Of a stretch of DNA of 64,000 nucleotides, positions 29,142 to 38,130 are shown piece by piece. Every line of letters begins with the position of its first letter. Position 1 is the stretch's first letter. Below the pieces are notes generated by a model. That model was not told the DNA's origin. It saw only the letters and a list, made by a program, of their open reading frames with translations, and did not search any database. The DNA comes from Pirellulales bacterium (GTDB lineage Bacteria; Planctomycetota; Planctomycetia; Pirellulales; Lacipirellulaceae). Both the position numbers and the translations under genes were made by a program. The stretch is from positions 408-64,407 of the forward strand of contig JBGSWC010000324.1 of NCBI GenBank assembly GCA_041752635.1, written 5' to 3'.

Positions 29142-29774
29142 TCAGGCACTAATAAAACCACCCAACACACAAGCACGGGTTAGTTCGGCGACCGAAGTAA
29201 CGCCCAGTGTTTTGTAAATCTTGCTACGTCGAGCTTCGACAGTGCGGATACAGACACCTTGTTGTTTGGCGATCTGCTTATTGGGCACACCGTCGAGAAC
29301 GGCCGACAAGACCTCGCGCTCCTTTTCGTTTAGTTGCTCGAGTTGTGTGGCAATTTCTTGACGCGATTGACGAGCTTCGTAATCGCGTTGGCTTTTCTCG
29401 ACGCCGAGCCGTACTGATTCGCGAAGTTGGTGCTCGCTACATGGCTTGTCGAGTACCGTGAGAGCGCCGTGGCGCATCGCTTCGACGACCATCGGCGTTG
29501 TGGCGTAGGCCGTGACCACGACAGCGGGGCTCTGATCGCCCGCATCGTGAAGCCGCCGCAGTAGCGTGCTCCCGCTGATGCCGGGCAACCGATCGTCGAC
29601 TAACAGCACGTGTGGCCCGTTGGGACGATAGGCATCGAGAAACGCCTCGGCGCTGGCGAAGCTGCTCACTTCATAGCCGGCCGGCGCGATTAGTTGTTCG
29701 AGTGCTTCGCGTGTACTCGCGTCGTCCTCGATAACGAAAACGGTGGGATTGGGGGTTGCGTTGGTTTGCACCAT
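29142..29774 (-). CDS. response regulator, receiver plus LuxR/FixJ-type HTH
   Basis: VFVIEDD..LLVDDRLPG receiver; EREVLSAVLDGVPNKQIAKQQGVCIRTVEARRSKIYKTLGV HTH. ATG 29774 is preceded by GAGGAG. An alternative ATG lies at 29825. Confidence 0.9.
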   Translation of the reverse strand: MVQTNATPNPTVFVIEDDASTREALEQLIAPAGYEVSSFASAEAFLDAYRPNGPHVLLVDDRLPGISGSTLLRRLHDAGDQSPAVVVTAYATTPMVVEAMRHGALTVLDKPCSEHQLRESVRLGVEKSQRDYEARQSRQEIATQLEQLNEKEREVLSAVLDGVPNKQIAKQQGVCIRTVEARRSKIYKTLGVTSVAELTRACVLGGFISA

Positions 29775-29900
29775 GACATGACTCCTCGCAGGACAGAGAT
29801 GATAGAAAAGATTCCGGCAGGCCATAAACTAGCTGTGCCCATAGAATAGTACGGGTCAGCGAAGCGATTGGACGTTGCCTAAACCGGCAAATAACTGCAC

Positions 29901-30629
29901 CTAGCCACACTCCCCATGTGGGTAGCCACACTCCGCGCTCGGTCGCGATGTGGCAGTCAACAACTTGATGACATAGGAACAATACCCGTGTGTCGCGGCG
30001 TGAACTTTCAATTCCCGAGATTGTCGGCTTCGACGACCATCCGAACGAGTTCGGCTAGCGAATCGGCTTCCATCTTTTGAAAAGAGATTTTGTCGGCGTA
30101 CTTCGACAGTACGAACGCTTACGTCGAGCTCGTGGGCGATCTGTTTGTTCATTTCGCCGGCAACCATCCGATCGAGCACTTGTCGCTCCGCCACAGTGAG
30201 CGTCGCTAGTCGCTCGCGAACCTGGCGGACGCGTTCCTCTGACTTCCAGCGCTCGGCATCGTCGCGGAGCGCGCCCCGAATGGCGTCCCACAGCTCACCT
30301 TCGCGGCAAGGTTTCTCGAGCAAGGTAAACGCTCCCGCGCGCATCGCCCGAATTGTCACATTTGTGTCAGCGTAGCCAGTCAACACCACAACCGAAATGA
30401 GGCAACCCCGCTCGCGCAACGTTTCTTGCAATTCGAGACCGCTCATTCGCAACATCCGAACATCGGTCACCAAGCAGCCAGGGCGGTGACCATTGTAAGC
30501 AGCCAGAAACTCCTCGGCCGACGAGTAGGTGATGGCTTCGATACCCATCTCGGCCACGAGCGCGGCAACTGACGCGGCCGCCACGGGGTCGTCGTCGACA
30601 ATATAAACTCGGTCGATGATGTCGCTCAC
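29901..30629 (-). CDS. response regulator, receiver plus LuxR/FixJ-type HTH, with an apparent 1-nt frameshift near the 3' end
   Basis: VYIVDDD..LVTDVRM receiver; AERQVLDRMVAGEMNKQIAHELDVSVRTVEVRRQNLFSK HTH. After K(30074-30084) the frame runs into a 65-aa R/S-rich tail. The adjacent frame reads MEADSLAELVRMVVEADNLGN* and ends at 30008. The GTG start overlaps the kinase stop (GTGA). Confidence 0.8.
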   Translation of the reverse strand: MSDIIDRVYIVDDDPVAAASVAALVAEMGIEAITYSSAEEFLAAYNGHRPGCLVTDVRMLRMSGLELQETLRERGCLISVVVLTGYADTNVTIRAMRAGAFTLLEKPCREGELWDAIRGALRDDAERWKSEERVRQVRERLATLTVAERQVLDRMVAGEMNKQIAHELDVSVRTVEVRRQNLFSKDGSRFASRTRSDGRRSRQSRELKVHAATHGYCSYVIKLLTATSRPSAECGYPHGECG

Positions 30630-33268
30630 ATCGGTACACTTTCGTGAGGAAGTTCGATGGTAAATGTCATTCCGCCCTCATCGTTCTTGTCGGCTCTAAT
30701 ACTACCATGATGGGCTTCGACAATCGACTTACAGATGGCCAGCCCCATCCCCATGCCGTCTTCCTTGGTGGTCACAAACGAGTCGAACAGTGTGTAATGA
30801 TCGATGTTGGCCGGCGGTCCAGTGCCGTTGTCGATTACCGCTAATTCGACGGAGTCTTCAAGTTCCCGAGTCCGAAGGGTTACGCGTGGCATTTCGTCGG
30901 CTATTCCTTCAACCGACTGCAACGCATTCCTCAGCAGATTCACGACGACTTGCTGAATCTGAATTGGGTCGCCCAAGATTTTCGGTAATGCCTCGTCGAA
31001 ATCAAAAGCAATCCGCACACCGGGACGTTTCATGGTAACTGACTGCAGTTCGGCCGCTTCGCGAATCACGCCGTTCAGGTCGAACTTCTGCAAGTTCGCT
31101 TTTCGCGGGCGGCAAAAGTCTCGCATCCGACGAATGATTTCAGCCGCCCGGTGAATCTGTTCGTCCACTTGCACCAGCATTGCCTTAGCGCGGACACACG
31201 CGTCTTCGTCGCCGCTGCTGATCGCCCGGCGGCTGGCGGCCGCGAAAGTGGCGGCCGCATGCAGCGGCTGGTTGATTTCGTGGGCGACACCGGCGACAAC
31301 CTCGCCCATCGTCGCGAGTCGCGCTAGGTGCTTCAGTTGTTCCTGCAGCTTTTGAATTCGCTCGGCATCTTCGACCTCGCTGGTGATGTCGCGGTTTACC
31401 CCCACCATTCTCAGCGGCCGGCCCGCGTCATCGCGCTCGATGACTTTGCCAATCGAATGGAGCCAATGGTATTTGCCGGCGGAATCCTGCATGCGATATT
31501 CGCTCGTGTACTGTTCGGTGCCACCATTCAAGTGGTCGTTGAGCACCTCCCGAACGGCGGCAAGGTCATCGGGATGAATACTTCCTTCCCAGTCCGAACG
31601 TCGACGAAAGTGGCTTTCGTCGGGTGAACCATAGGTGCGCAACCAAGCATCGTTCACGTAAACAAGCCCGGTCAGTAAGTCCCAATCGAAATAACAAGCA
31701 GCTATGACATCGACAACTTGGCCAAGTCGTTCTTCGCTCGCGGCGAGCTCCATCTCGGCCGTGCGATGCTCGATAGTGTGGACAAATATTTCACCCAATA
31801 ACCGCAACAGCGCGATCGAATCGGCCGATAGCTGGCGATACTCGTGCTTTGTCGAAAGGCCGAAGAAACCCTTGAGTTTTCCGTCGTCGACCACGGGGAT
31901 ATTGATGAACGATTTGACGCCGAATGCGTGAAAATCTTGGTAGGCTTTGTCGGCCTCCGGAGGAAGATCGTCGATTCTCGGCACCCACAGCACTTCGCCT
32001 CGTCGAAGCTGGCTCGACGCCCACGGGAATTCATTGACATCGATATCGGTTAACCCGGGTGGAAACTCATCCATCTGCGGCGCCGACCACACGCTATGGG
32101 CGATCGCCCGCTGGCGGCTGTCGTCGATCAAGAAGAGGAAGGCTCGGTCAAAGCGGGTAAATTCCGCAACTTGTTTCAGTCCCTCCATTAATCCGGTCTC
32201 TGCCGCAGTCAGCGGAGACTTGATGAAATTGCTACTAATGTCGACCAACAGGGCTTCGAGTTTACGCAAGTATTCGATTCGCTCGTTATTGACTCGCTCG
32301 TCGGTGATGTCGCGCCCCACGCTCTGGTATTCGACAACCGTCCCGTTAGGGGCAAAGATTGCGCGATCGGACCACTCGACCCACCGCAACTCGCCATCGC
32401 CCCTTAGCATTCGGCGACGGTCTTTCGAAACGGGGTTCGCAGGCGTTAGTCGCCGCAGTTTCCGCTTGAATTTTGCTAAGTCGGCAGCGTCGATTAGTGA
32501 CCACAACGGCTCGCTCAACAGTTGTTCACGAGTGCGGCCCGCAAACCGGCAGACAGCTTTGTTGATCAACGTCGCGACGCCATCGGGGCGCCAACGCATG
32601 ATGTATTCATCTTGATCTTCGATGAGCTGGCGATAGAGCTGTTCGCTCTTGGCTCGCGCCGACTCGGTATGGGCACGATTGAGTAGGTTGACAAAGATCG
32701 ACGCCAGTACGTTGAGTAAGTGTTGCGTATGATTGAGCCAAGGGCCGACCGTTCCAAGGCAAGCGAGCCCGATATAGCCAAGAAAATGGTCCCCCGTCCG
32801 CATCGGTACATAGATGAACCGAGTCAGGCCGAGTTGCACGAATAGCTCTCGTAAGCTACCCGACTCGGTCGGCAGATCGCTTAGCTGGGCGACGGCAATT
32901 GTCTTGCCGGCGCTTAGCCGATCGTATCCCCACTGAGAGATCGCAACGGGAATGCGAGGTGTCTTATCGGCGAACGATAGCGAACTGTCACGTTGCCATT
33001 CGTAAATCAGTTTGGCTGTCGTGTGATCGCTGTCGAGCAGATACATAAAGCTGCGGTCGACACCTAGATATTGGCCCACTCGCTGCAGTGCATCGGATAT
33101 GTGGCGGTCGATCTCTCTTGTCGGCGAATTAATGAACCGAGTGCTCAGTTCTACAAGCAGAGCCAATAGCCCTGGATCACTACCGCCACGTAGCGCTGGA
33201 AGCAGCCAGGCGCTTTCGTCGGCTAGTGTTTCGATTGGCTGTGGCTGGAGCTCCGACATCGAACTCAC
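30626..33268 (-). CDS. soluble GAF-PAS-GAF-PAS sensor histidine kinase
   Basis: H-box VAGVAHEINQPL. N/G boxes NLLRNALQS and DNGTGPP..GMGMGLAICKSIV. No TM segment seen. GTG 33268 or ATG 33259. Confidence 0.9.
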   Translation of the reverse strand: MSSMSELQPQPIETLADESAWLLPALRGGSDPGLLALLVELSTRFINSPTREIDRHISDALQRVGQYLGVDRSFMYLLDSDHTTAKLIYEWQRDSSLSFADKTPRIPVAISQWGYDRLSAGKTIAVAQLSDLPTESGSLRELFVQLGLTRFIYVPMRTGDHFLGYIGLACLGTVGPWLNHTQHLLNVLASIFVNLLNRAHTESARAKSEQLYRQLIEDQDEYIMRWRPDGVATLINKAVCRFAGRTREQLLSEPLWSLIDAADLAKFKRKLRRLTPANPVSKDRRRMLRGDGELRWVEWSDRAIFAPNGTVVEYQSVGRDITDERVNNERIEYLRKLEALLVDISSNFIKSPLTAAETGLMEGLKQVAEFTRFDRAFLFLIDDSRQRAIAHSVWSAPQMDEFPPGLTDIDVNEFPWASSQLRRGEVLWVPRIDDLPPEADKAYQDFHAFGVKSFINIPVVDDGKLKGFFGLSTKHEYRQLSADSIALLRLLGEIFVHTIEHRTAEMELAASEERLGQVVDVIAACYFDWDLLTGLVYVNDAWLRTYGSPDESHFRRRSDWEGSIHPDDLAAVREVLNDHLNGGTEQYTSEYRMQDSAGKYHWLHSIGKVIERDDAGRPLRMVGVNRDITSEVEDAERIQKLQEQLKHLARLATMGEVVAGVAHEINQPLHAAATFAAASRRAISSGDEDACVRAKAMLVQVDEQIHRAAEIIRRMRDFCRPRKANLQKFDLNGVIREAAELQSVTMKRPGVRIAFDFDEALPKILGDPIQIQQVVVNLLRNALQSVEGIADEMPRVTLRTRELEDSVELAVIDNGTGPPANIDHYTLFDSFVTTKEDGMGMGLAICKSIVEAHHGSIRADKNDEGGMTFTIELPHESVPM

Positions 33269-33300
33269 TTTAACATTTGGAATAGCGACCGACCGCTATT

Positions 33301-33960
33301 CTAGACGATCTCCTTCGACGCCGCCTTGTGAAAGAGCGAGCGATAGACGGGCAAGCCCGACAGCCTCATGCGACGCTCGAAATGGGTGCGGTAATCGAGA
33401 TGATGGTCAGCCGGCCGAGCATCGACGGCCTGTGGTCCGACCAACTGCGGAAAATCCTCGAGCAACTCCATCGTCACCCCAAAGTACTCGTCGACATCGG
33501 TCCAAAAGTGTAGCGCACCACCAGCGATCAGTTTCTGCTCGATCTGACTAACAAAATCGGGGTTCATGACGCGGCGCTTGCGATGCCGTTTTTTCCACCA
33601 CGGATCGGGAAAATAAACGTGTACCGCCGCGAGCGATGCGTCAGGAATCAGCTCGCGAAAAACTCGCTGGGCGTCGCCGCTAACCATCACGGCGTTTTCA
33701 CGCCGCTCCTTGGCGAGCTTGGCTGCCGCTAGCCGGGCGTAGCGGTGGGCGATTTCGATACCAAGAAAGTTGCGGTCGGAATGTTCGCCTGAGGCCGTTT
33801 GCATGAAGAGCCCCTTGCCGCTGCCGACTTCGATTTCCAGTGGCTGCGACCGCTCGAATAAGGCGGCTTCGTCCCAGGGGTTTGGCAAGTCGTCGAACGA
33901 CTTTAGGTGTCGCGACAGGTCGAGCTGTGGATCAACACGTTTGACAGCGCGGCGGCCCAT
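33301..33960 (-). CDS. trmB: tRNA (guanine-N7)-methyltransferase
   Basis: EIGSGKG, FLGIEI and VYFPDPWWKKRHRKRR signature. Confidence 0.9.
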   Translation of the reverse strand: MGRRAVKRVDPQLDLSRHLKSFDDLPNPWDEAALFERSQPLEIEVGSGKGLFMQTASGEHSDRNFLGIEIAHRYARLAAAKLAKERRENAVMVSGDAQRVFRELIPDASLAAVHVYFPDPWWKKRHRKRRVMNPDFVSQIEQKLIAGGALHFWTDVDEYFGVTMELLEDFPQLVGPQAVDARPADHHLDYRTHFERRMRLSGLPVYRSLFHKAASKEIV

Positions 33961-33975
33961 AACAACGACAAACTG

Positions 33976-34947
33976 TTAGCGAAAGCGGGGGTCGGAAAAG
34001 TCTTGAAACGGACTGTCGTCGTCGAGGTGACGCAAATCGCGACGGTCTGGCTGTGGCGGCTGCGCTGGCTGTGGCTGCTCTTTCGGGCCGACCGTCGACG
34101 CCTTGCCGCCGCTGAAATCGAATTGCTCATTCACTTCACCCCGCCAATCGGTGTCCGTCGGATCGCTACCGATCGATAGCAGCGGCATGATGCACGCCCC
34201 GGCGACGAATCCTCCAATATGTGCCCAATGGGCGACCCCAGCTTCCATTGGCATCTGTAGCACAGCGAAGCCCATCACCGTCTCAAATATCAGCCACACC
34301 CCCAAAACCACCAATGCTGGCATGTCCAGTAGCAGCGGAATGCCAACGAAGACGAGGGTTTTGACTTTTGCCCAAGGGAATGTGATCGCATAAGCACCGA
34401 GTGTCGCAGCGACCGCACCGCTGGCACCCACCATCGGTGTTTCGCTCACGGGATTGGTGGTCCACTGGGCGAGCGTCGACAATACCCCGCCGAGCAAGTA
34501 AAAGGCGATGAAGACAATGTGCCCTAGGCGATCTTCGATGTTATTGCCAAAAATCCATAACATCCACATATTCGAGATTAGGTGAAACCAGCCACCATGC
34601 AAAAACATCATGGTCAGCAGTGTTAAGAAGACCGCGCCAGAATCAGTCGAGAGTTGCACTTGAACCGTTCGCGGAGCCGGAGCCGGCGGTGGAAATCGCT
34701 GTTGCCGGAACCGCCGCTGTTGCGGTGGGTTTTGTGCGCCATCGAGTTCGACCGTCACGACCAGTGGCTGGGGATTGTCGAGACGCGTCAGCCGATTTGA
34801 AATGAAGCCCCGTTCGCAAATCACCTTGACGGCCGTCACGTCGGTCAACTGGCTCATCTTCCACTGAACCAAAACGTTGAGCAAGATAAACAGAATCGTG
34901 AAGACCGGCATCCGCTTCGTCGGGTTGTGGTCGTAAAGCGGGAACAT
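33976..34947 (-). CDS. rhomboid family intramembrane serine protease
   Basis: FLHGGWFHLISNMWMLWIFG, GASGAVAATLGAY (GxSG) and AHIGGFVAG. ATG 34947 gives MFPLYDHNP. The ORF opens at TTG 34995. Confidence 0.85.
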   Translation of the reverse strand: MFPLYDHNPTKRMPVFTILFILLNVLVQWKMSQLTDVTAVKVICERGFISNRLTRLDNPQPLVVTVELDGAQNPPQQRRFRQQRFPPPAPAPRTVQVQLSTDSGAVFLTLLTMMFLHGGWFHLISNMWMLWIFGNNIEDRLGHIVFIAFYLLGGVLSTLAQWTTNPVSETPMVGASGAVAATLGAYAITFPWAKVKTLVFVGIPLLLDMPALVVLGVWLIFETVMGFAVLQMPMEAGVAHWAHIGGFVAGACIMPLLSIGSDPTDTDWRGEVNEQFDFSGGKASTVGPKEQPQPAQPPQPDRRDLRHLDDDSPFQDFSDPRFR

Positions 34948-35082
34948 GATGGCGGGAGATCGGAGCGTCGGGCGGGTGAAGCAATCATCGGGCAACTATG
35001 CCACGGCGTTGCTGTGTGAATGGGATGCGAGCCAACGGTCCGACCTGGAGGCGTGCGTCGATTGGATTCTGGCTCGTAGCGA

Positions 35083-35616
35083 CTAGCCTCTGGCTCTCAG
35101 CATTTCAATGCGAATGGGAACGCCGCGAATTTCGCCTTCGCAAGCGACCTCGGAATTCACCAAGCACTGGAATCTACAGCGTACCATAGCCGACGGGCGG
35201 ACGGCGAGTTTTTGTGCGACGATGACAAGGCGATCACCGGGAAAGACCATTTCGCGAAACCGCACGTTGTCGAGACCACCAAAGCCGATCATCTCGGCTT
35301 TCATTAGATCGTGGCGCATCACATGGTAGGTACACAGCTGTGCTGCCGCTTCGCACATCAATACCCCCGGCATTAGCGGGAGGCCCGGCATGTGTCCACG
35401 GATCCAGAATTCTTCTTCGGTAAGGTCCTTGAACCCGCCGACGATGCCCGTCACGCGATCATCGTGAAAGATGCCGTCGAGCTGCAGCATCTCGAATCGC
35501 TGCGGCAAGTACCGCAAGAGTTCGTCTTGATCGGCGACGATCTTCGAGCAGTCAATCGTCGCCGGATCGATGATGAAGTCTTTGTCCACCACGCCGAGCC
35601 CCTGGTCTGGTTTCAC
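35083..35616 (-). CDS. FabZ/FabA-like 3-hydroxyacyl-ACP dehydratase (hotdog fold)
   Basis: LPQRFEMLQLDGI..EEEFWIRGHMPGLPLMPGVLMCEAAAQL matches the FabZ active-site region. GTG start; the exact start is uncertain. Confidence 0.75.
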   Translation of the reverse strand: MKPDQGLGVVDKDFIIDPATIDCSKIVADQDELLRYLPQRFEMLQLDGIFHDDRVTGIVGGFKDLTEEEFWIRGHMPGLPLMPGVLMCEAAAQLCTYHVMRHDLMKAEMIGFGGLDNVRFREMVFPGDRLVIVAQKLAVRPSAMVRCRFQCLVNSEVACEGEIRGVPIRIEMLRARG

Positions 35617-35650
35617 CCTTAAATAGGCGAGTCACAAGTCGACGAACCGA

Positions 35651-35749
35651 TTAGGTCTTGACTTTCTGTCGGCGTTGCTTGCGGGGCCGACTGCAAGCTG
35701 GTCGCTTGCCGTGGTTGGCTTTTTTAACTTTACGACCTGGTTTGGCCAT
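35651..35749 (-). CDS. 32-aa highly basic protein, bL37-like motif KANHGKRP
   Basis: Not in the supplied ORF track because it is too short. ATG 35749, TAA 35651-35653. Translation: MAKPGRKVKKANHGKRPACSRPRKQRRQKVKT. GGGAGA lies about 9 nt upstream. A TTCACC-17-TATACT promoter-like pair lies at 35845-35817. Confidence 0.5.
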   Translation of the reverse strand: MAKPGRKVKKANHGKRPACSRPRKQRRQKVKT

Positions 35750-35881
35750 CGGACGCTTCTCCCTGAGGACACCCCCCAAGTGTGGGGAGACGCTAGTTTG
35801 TGATTTCGAGTGAGAAAGTATAGCAATAGCAGCGGCCCCGGTGAAGCCGGGGAGCGTCGCAGCTTGGGCATGAAGCCAAGC

Positions 35882-36136
35882 TCACGCAGCCTTCCGCCGG
35901 GGCGCGGTTTTTTTCTTGCGACTGACGAAGGCGATCAATCGTGGCGACGACTTACGCGCTACGAAGCGTCGCGAAACCCAGGCCAATAGCAACGTGAATA
36001 GCATCAGACCGATTACCCACAGCGCGAGACCCCCCAACAGCTTGGCCACGTGTCCCTGCAACATGATTGCCCGCACCAGCGAAGAGATCGCTAGAATCAC
36101 GAACACAAATGTCGCAACTTTTGATCGCACATCCAT
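35882..36136 (-). CDS. small membrane protein (two predicted TM helices)
   Basis: MDVRSKVATFVFVILAISSLVRAIML...LALWVIGLMLFTLLLAWV followed by a basic tail. The upstream part of ORF 35882-36346 overlaps panB and was trimmed to ATG 36136. Confidence 0.45.
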   Translation of the reverse strand: MDVRSKVATFVFVILAISSLVRAIMLQGHVAKLLGGLALWVIGLMLFTLLLAWVSRRFVARKSSPRLIAFVSRKKKTAPRRKAA

Positions 36137-36248
36137 TCGGTCGACTCCACGAGACGCCTGTTTGGGGAGCGAAACCGCGGCAAAATTAGAAGACGCGCGT
36201 GGCGGCGGCAAGGGCAATTTCGCGGTGTTTGAAATCGCGCTATTCCAT

Positions 36249-37046
36249 TCACTGGAATTCGTGGTCAGCGCCGGGGAATTTGCCGCTGCGGACTTCGTCG
36301 CAGAATCCGGCGACCGCACTGACAACTTGCTCGCCAAGATTGGCATAGCGCTTCACGAATTTGGGCACGTAGCCGGAGTGCATGCCGAGCAGATCGTGTG
36401 TCACGAGGACTTGTCCATCGCAGTCGCCGCCAGCCCCGATGCCAATGGTGGGAATCTCGATCGAGGCCGAAATTTCGCGAGCGATGTCGCTCGGCACACA
36501 CTCCAGTACCATCGCGAACGCCCCGGCACCGGCGGCCGCTTGGGCGTCGGCCATCAGCCGCTCGCGATCGCGTTGCACGCGATAGCCGCCGAGCGTGTGA
36601 ACGCTTTGTGGACCGAGACCACAGTGGGCCATCACGGGAATGCCCGCGCGCGTGAGCGAGGCGATCGTATCAGCCTGTTCGACTCCCCCTTCGAGTTTGA
36701 CCGCTTGAACGCGAGCCTGTTTCATGATCTTGCCGGCCGCCTCGACGACAGCGTGGCGACCCAGGTGATGGATGGGAAAGGGCAAATCGACAATCACCAG
36801 AGCCCGCTTGACCGCCCGCCCCACCATCTCGGCGTGGTAGATCATTTGCTCGAGCGTCACCGGCAGCGTCGTTTCGTGTCCCTGAACCACCATCGCGAGA
36901 CTGTCGCCGACGAGAATGCCATCGACACCGGCTGAGTCGATCATTCGAGCCGTTGGATAGTCATAAGCCGTAAGTATCGCGAGCTTTTCGCCCCGCTTTT
37001 TCTTAGCGGCGAACGCAGGTGCAGTGACGCGAGGCGCTGGGGGCAT
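36249..37046 (-). CDS. panB: 3-methyl-2-oxobutanoate hydroxymethyltransferase
   Basis: LTAYDY, ILVGDSLAMVVQGH, VKLEGG and PTIGIGAG motifs. ATG 37046; the ORF opens at TTG 37079. Confidence 0.92.
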   Translation of the reverse strand: MPPAPRVTAPAFAAKKKRGEKLAILTAYDYPTARMIDSAGVDGILVGDSLAMVVQGHETTLPVTLEQMIYHAEMVGRAVKRALVIVDLPFPIHHLGRHAVVEAAGKIMKQARVQAVKLEGGVEQADTIASLTRAGIPVMAHCGLGPQSVHTLGGYRVQRDRERLMADAQAAAGAGAFAMVLECVPSDIAREISASIEIPTIGIGAGGDCDGQVLVTHDLLGMHSGYVPKFVKRYANLGEQVVSAVAGFCDEVRSGKFPGADHEFQ

Positions 37047-37203
37047 ATCGGAGAAATTCGTGATAAAGTGTTGAAACAAGGGGCACGCTGCCTGTACTCT
37101 AATAGTACCCGCAGGGTGACTGATAGATTAGCCCGCACGACAGTTTCGCAACGGCGCTAGCGCAGCCCCTCCATCCTCTGTCAATTTTGCGAGAGTCATT
37201 TTG

Positions 37204-38043
37204 ATGATCCGTTGTCTTTCGAGTTCGCTCGCCGCGATGGTGGCGATCATATGTTTGTCGCCTTCGGCCTCCGCTGATTTTCCGAAGAACATCAAAACGC
37301 TTGGCAAAGTTCACTCGTTCAATACCGAGCAATTGAACGTCGTCACCGTGGCGAATGAAGGCTGGGTCTTTAAACTCAACGAAAAGTCGGTTGTCAGTTA
37401 CAAGGCCGAGGGTGGCCCCGAGTTGATGATACCAAAACTAGCGGTGAAGTTTCGCTGTAAGATCGACAATCGCGGCAATATTGTCGAGCCGGTCGACACG
37501 ATAATCGTCTTCACTCCCAAGCAATTTTTTCAACCCGTTATCGACGTGGCTCCTCCCGAAGAGGATCTAAGCGAGAACGGGGACCAGAAAGAGGCCGAAG
37601 CGCCGGAACCCGCCGCCGAGAGCTTCGACGCCGCTTTGGCCGATGCCGAAGAGCCAGTTGGACAACCGAGCCGCAACGGTGGCGCTCAAACGGACACGGA
37701 CGATGGTGTCGAGTATCAGGTAATTGGCGCGCTCGTTAGCTACCGTCGCGGCAAGATGGTCGTCGATTGCGGTGAGGCGGGTAAATTACGAGGTGAGTTG
37801 AGCGAAGACGCGGCCGTCACCGTCGAACTCGAGGGGCTCCCGGCGCTTAAAGCCGCCAAGGCGGGCGACACAGTGTACGCCGAGGGGTATAGTGGAACCC
37901 CCGGGCAGGCTAATGCCCGCAAAGTCGAAATCACCATGGGTCCACCCGAAGAAGACAAAAAACGGTCGAAGCCAAGCCGCACAAGCGATAAGTCCGGTAA
38001 AGCTGGCGAGCCGGCAGTTGAAAACCCGGGCTTTGCCGAGTGA
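37204..38043 (+). CDS. secreted hypothetical protein
   Basis: Signal peptide MIRCLSSSLAAMVAIICLSPSASA. Acidic low-complexity middle and a basic C-terminal tail. Confidence 0.6.
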   Translation: MIRCLSSSLAAMVAIICLSPSASADFPKNIKTLGKVHSFNTEQLNVVTVANEGWVFKLNEKSVVSYKAEGGPELMIPKLAVKFRCKIDNRGNIVEPVDTIIVFTPKQFFQPVIDVAPPEEDLSENGDQKEAEAPEPAAESFDAALADAEEPVGQPSRNGGAQTDTDDGVEYQVIGALVSYRRGKMVVDCGEAGKLRGELSEDAAVTVELEGLPALKAAKAGDTVYAEGYSGTPGQANARKVEITMGPPEEDKKRSKPSRTSDKSGKAGEPAVENPGFAE

Positions 38044-38130
38044 CATTGGACAGCAGGCCCGTTGCGGTAATAATCTTTAGTTAGCCAACCACTTGGCTCC
38101 ATATCCACGAGTTTTTCGGAGTCTCACGCG

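Noticed and set aside
35632-35871. 79-aa minus-strand ORF from the track
   Set aside because: It has a proline/serine-rich, non-protein-like sequence. A different frame in the same stretch gives a compact basic ORF with a Shine-Dalgarno-like box, which is reported instead.
35916-36935. 339-aa ORF on the plus strand
   Set aside because: It is antisense to panB and the small membrane protein gene. There are no motifs, and the panB frame is unambiguous.
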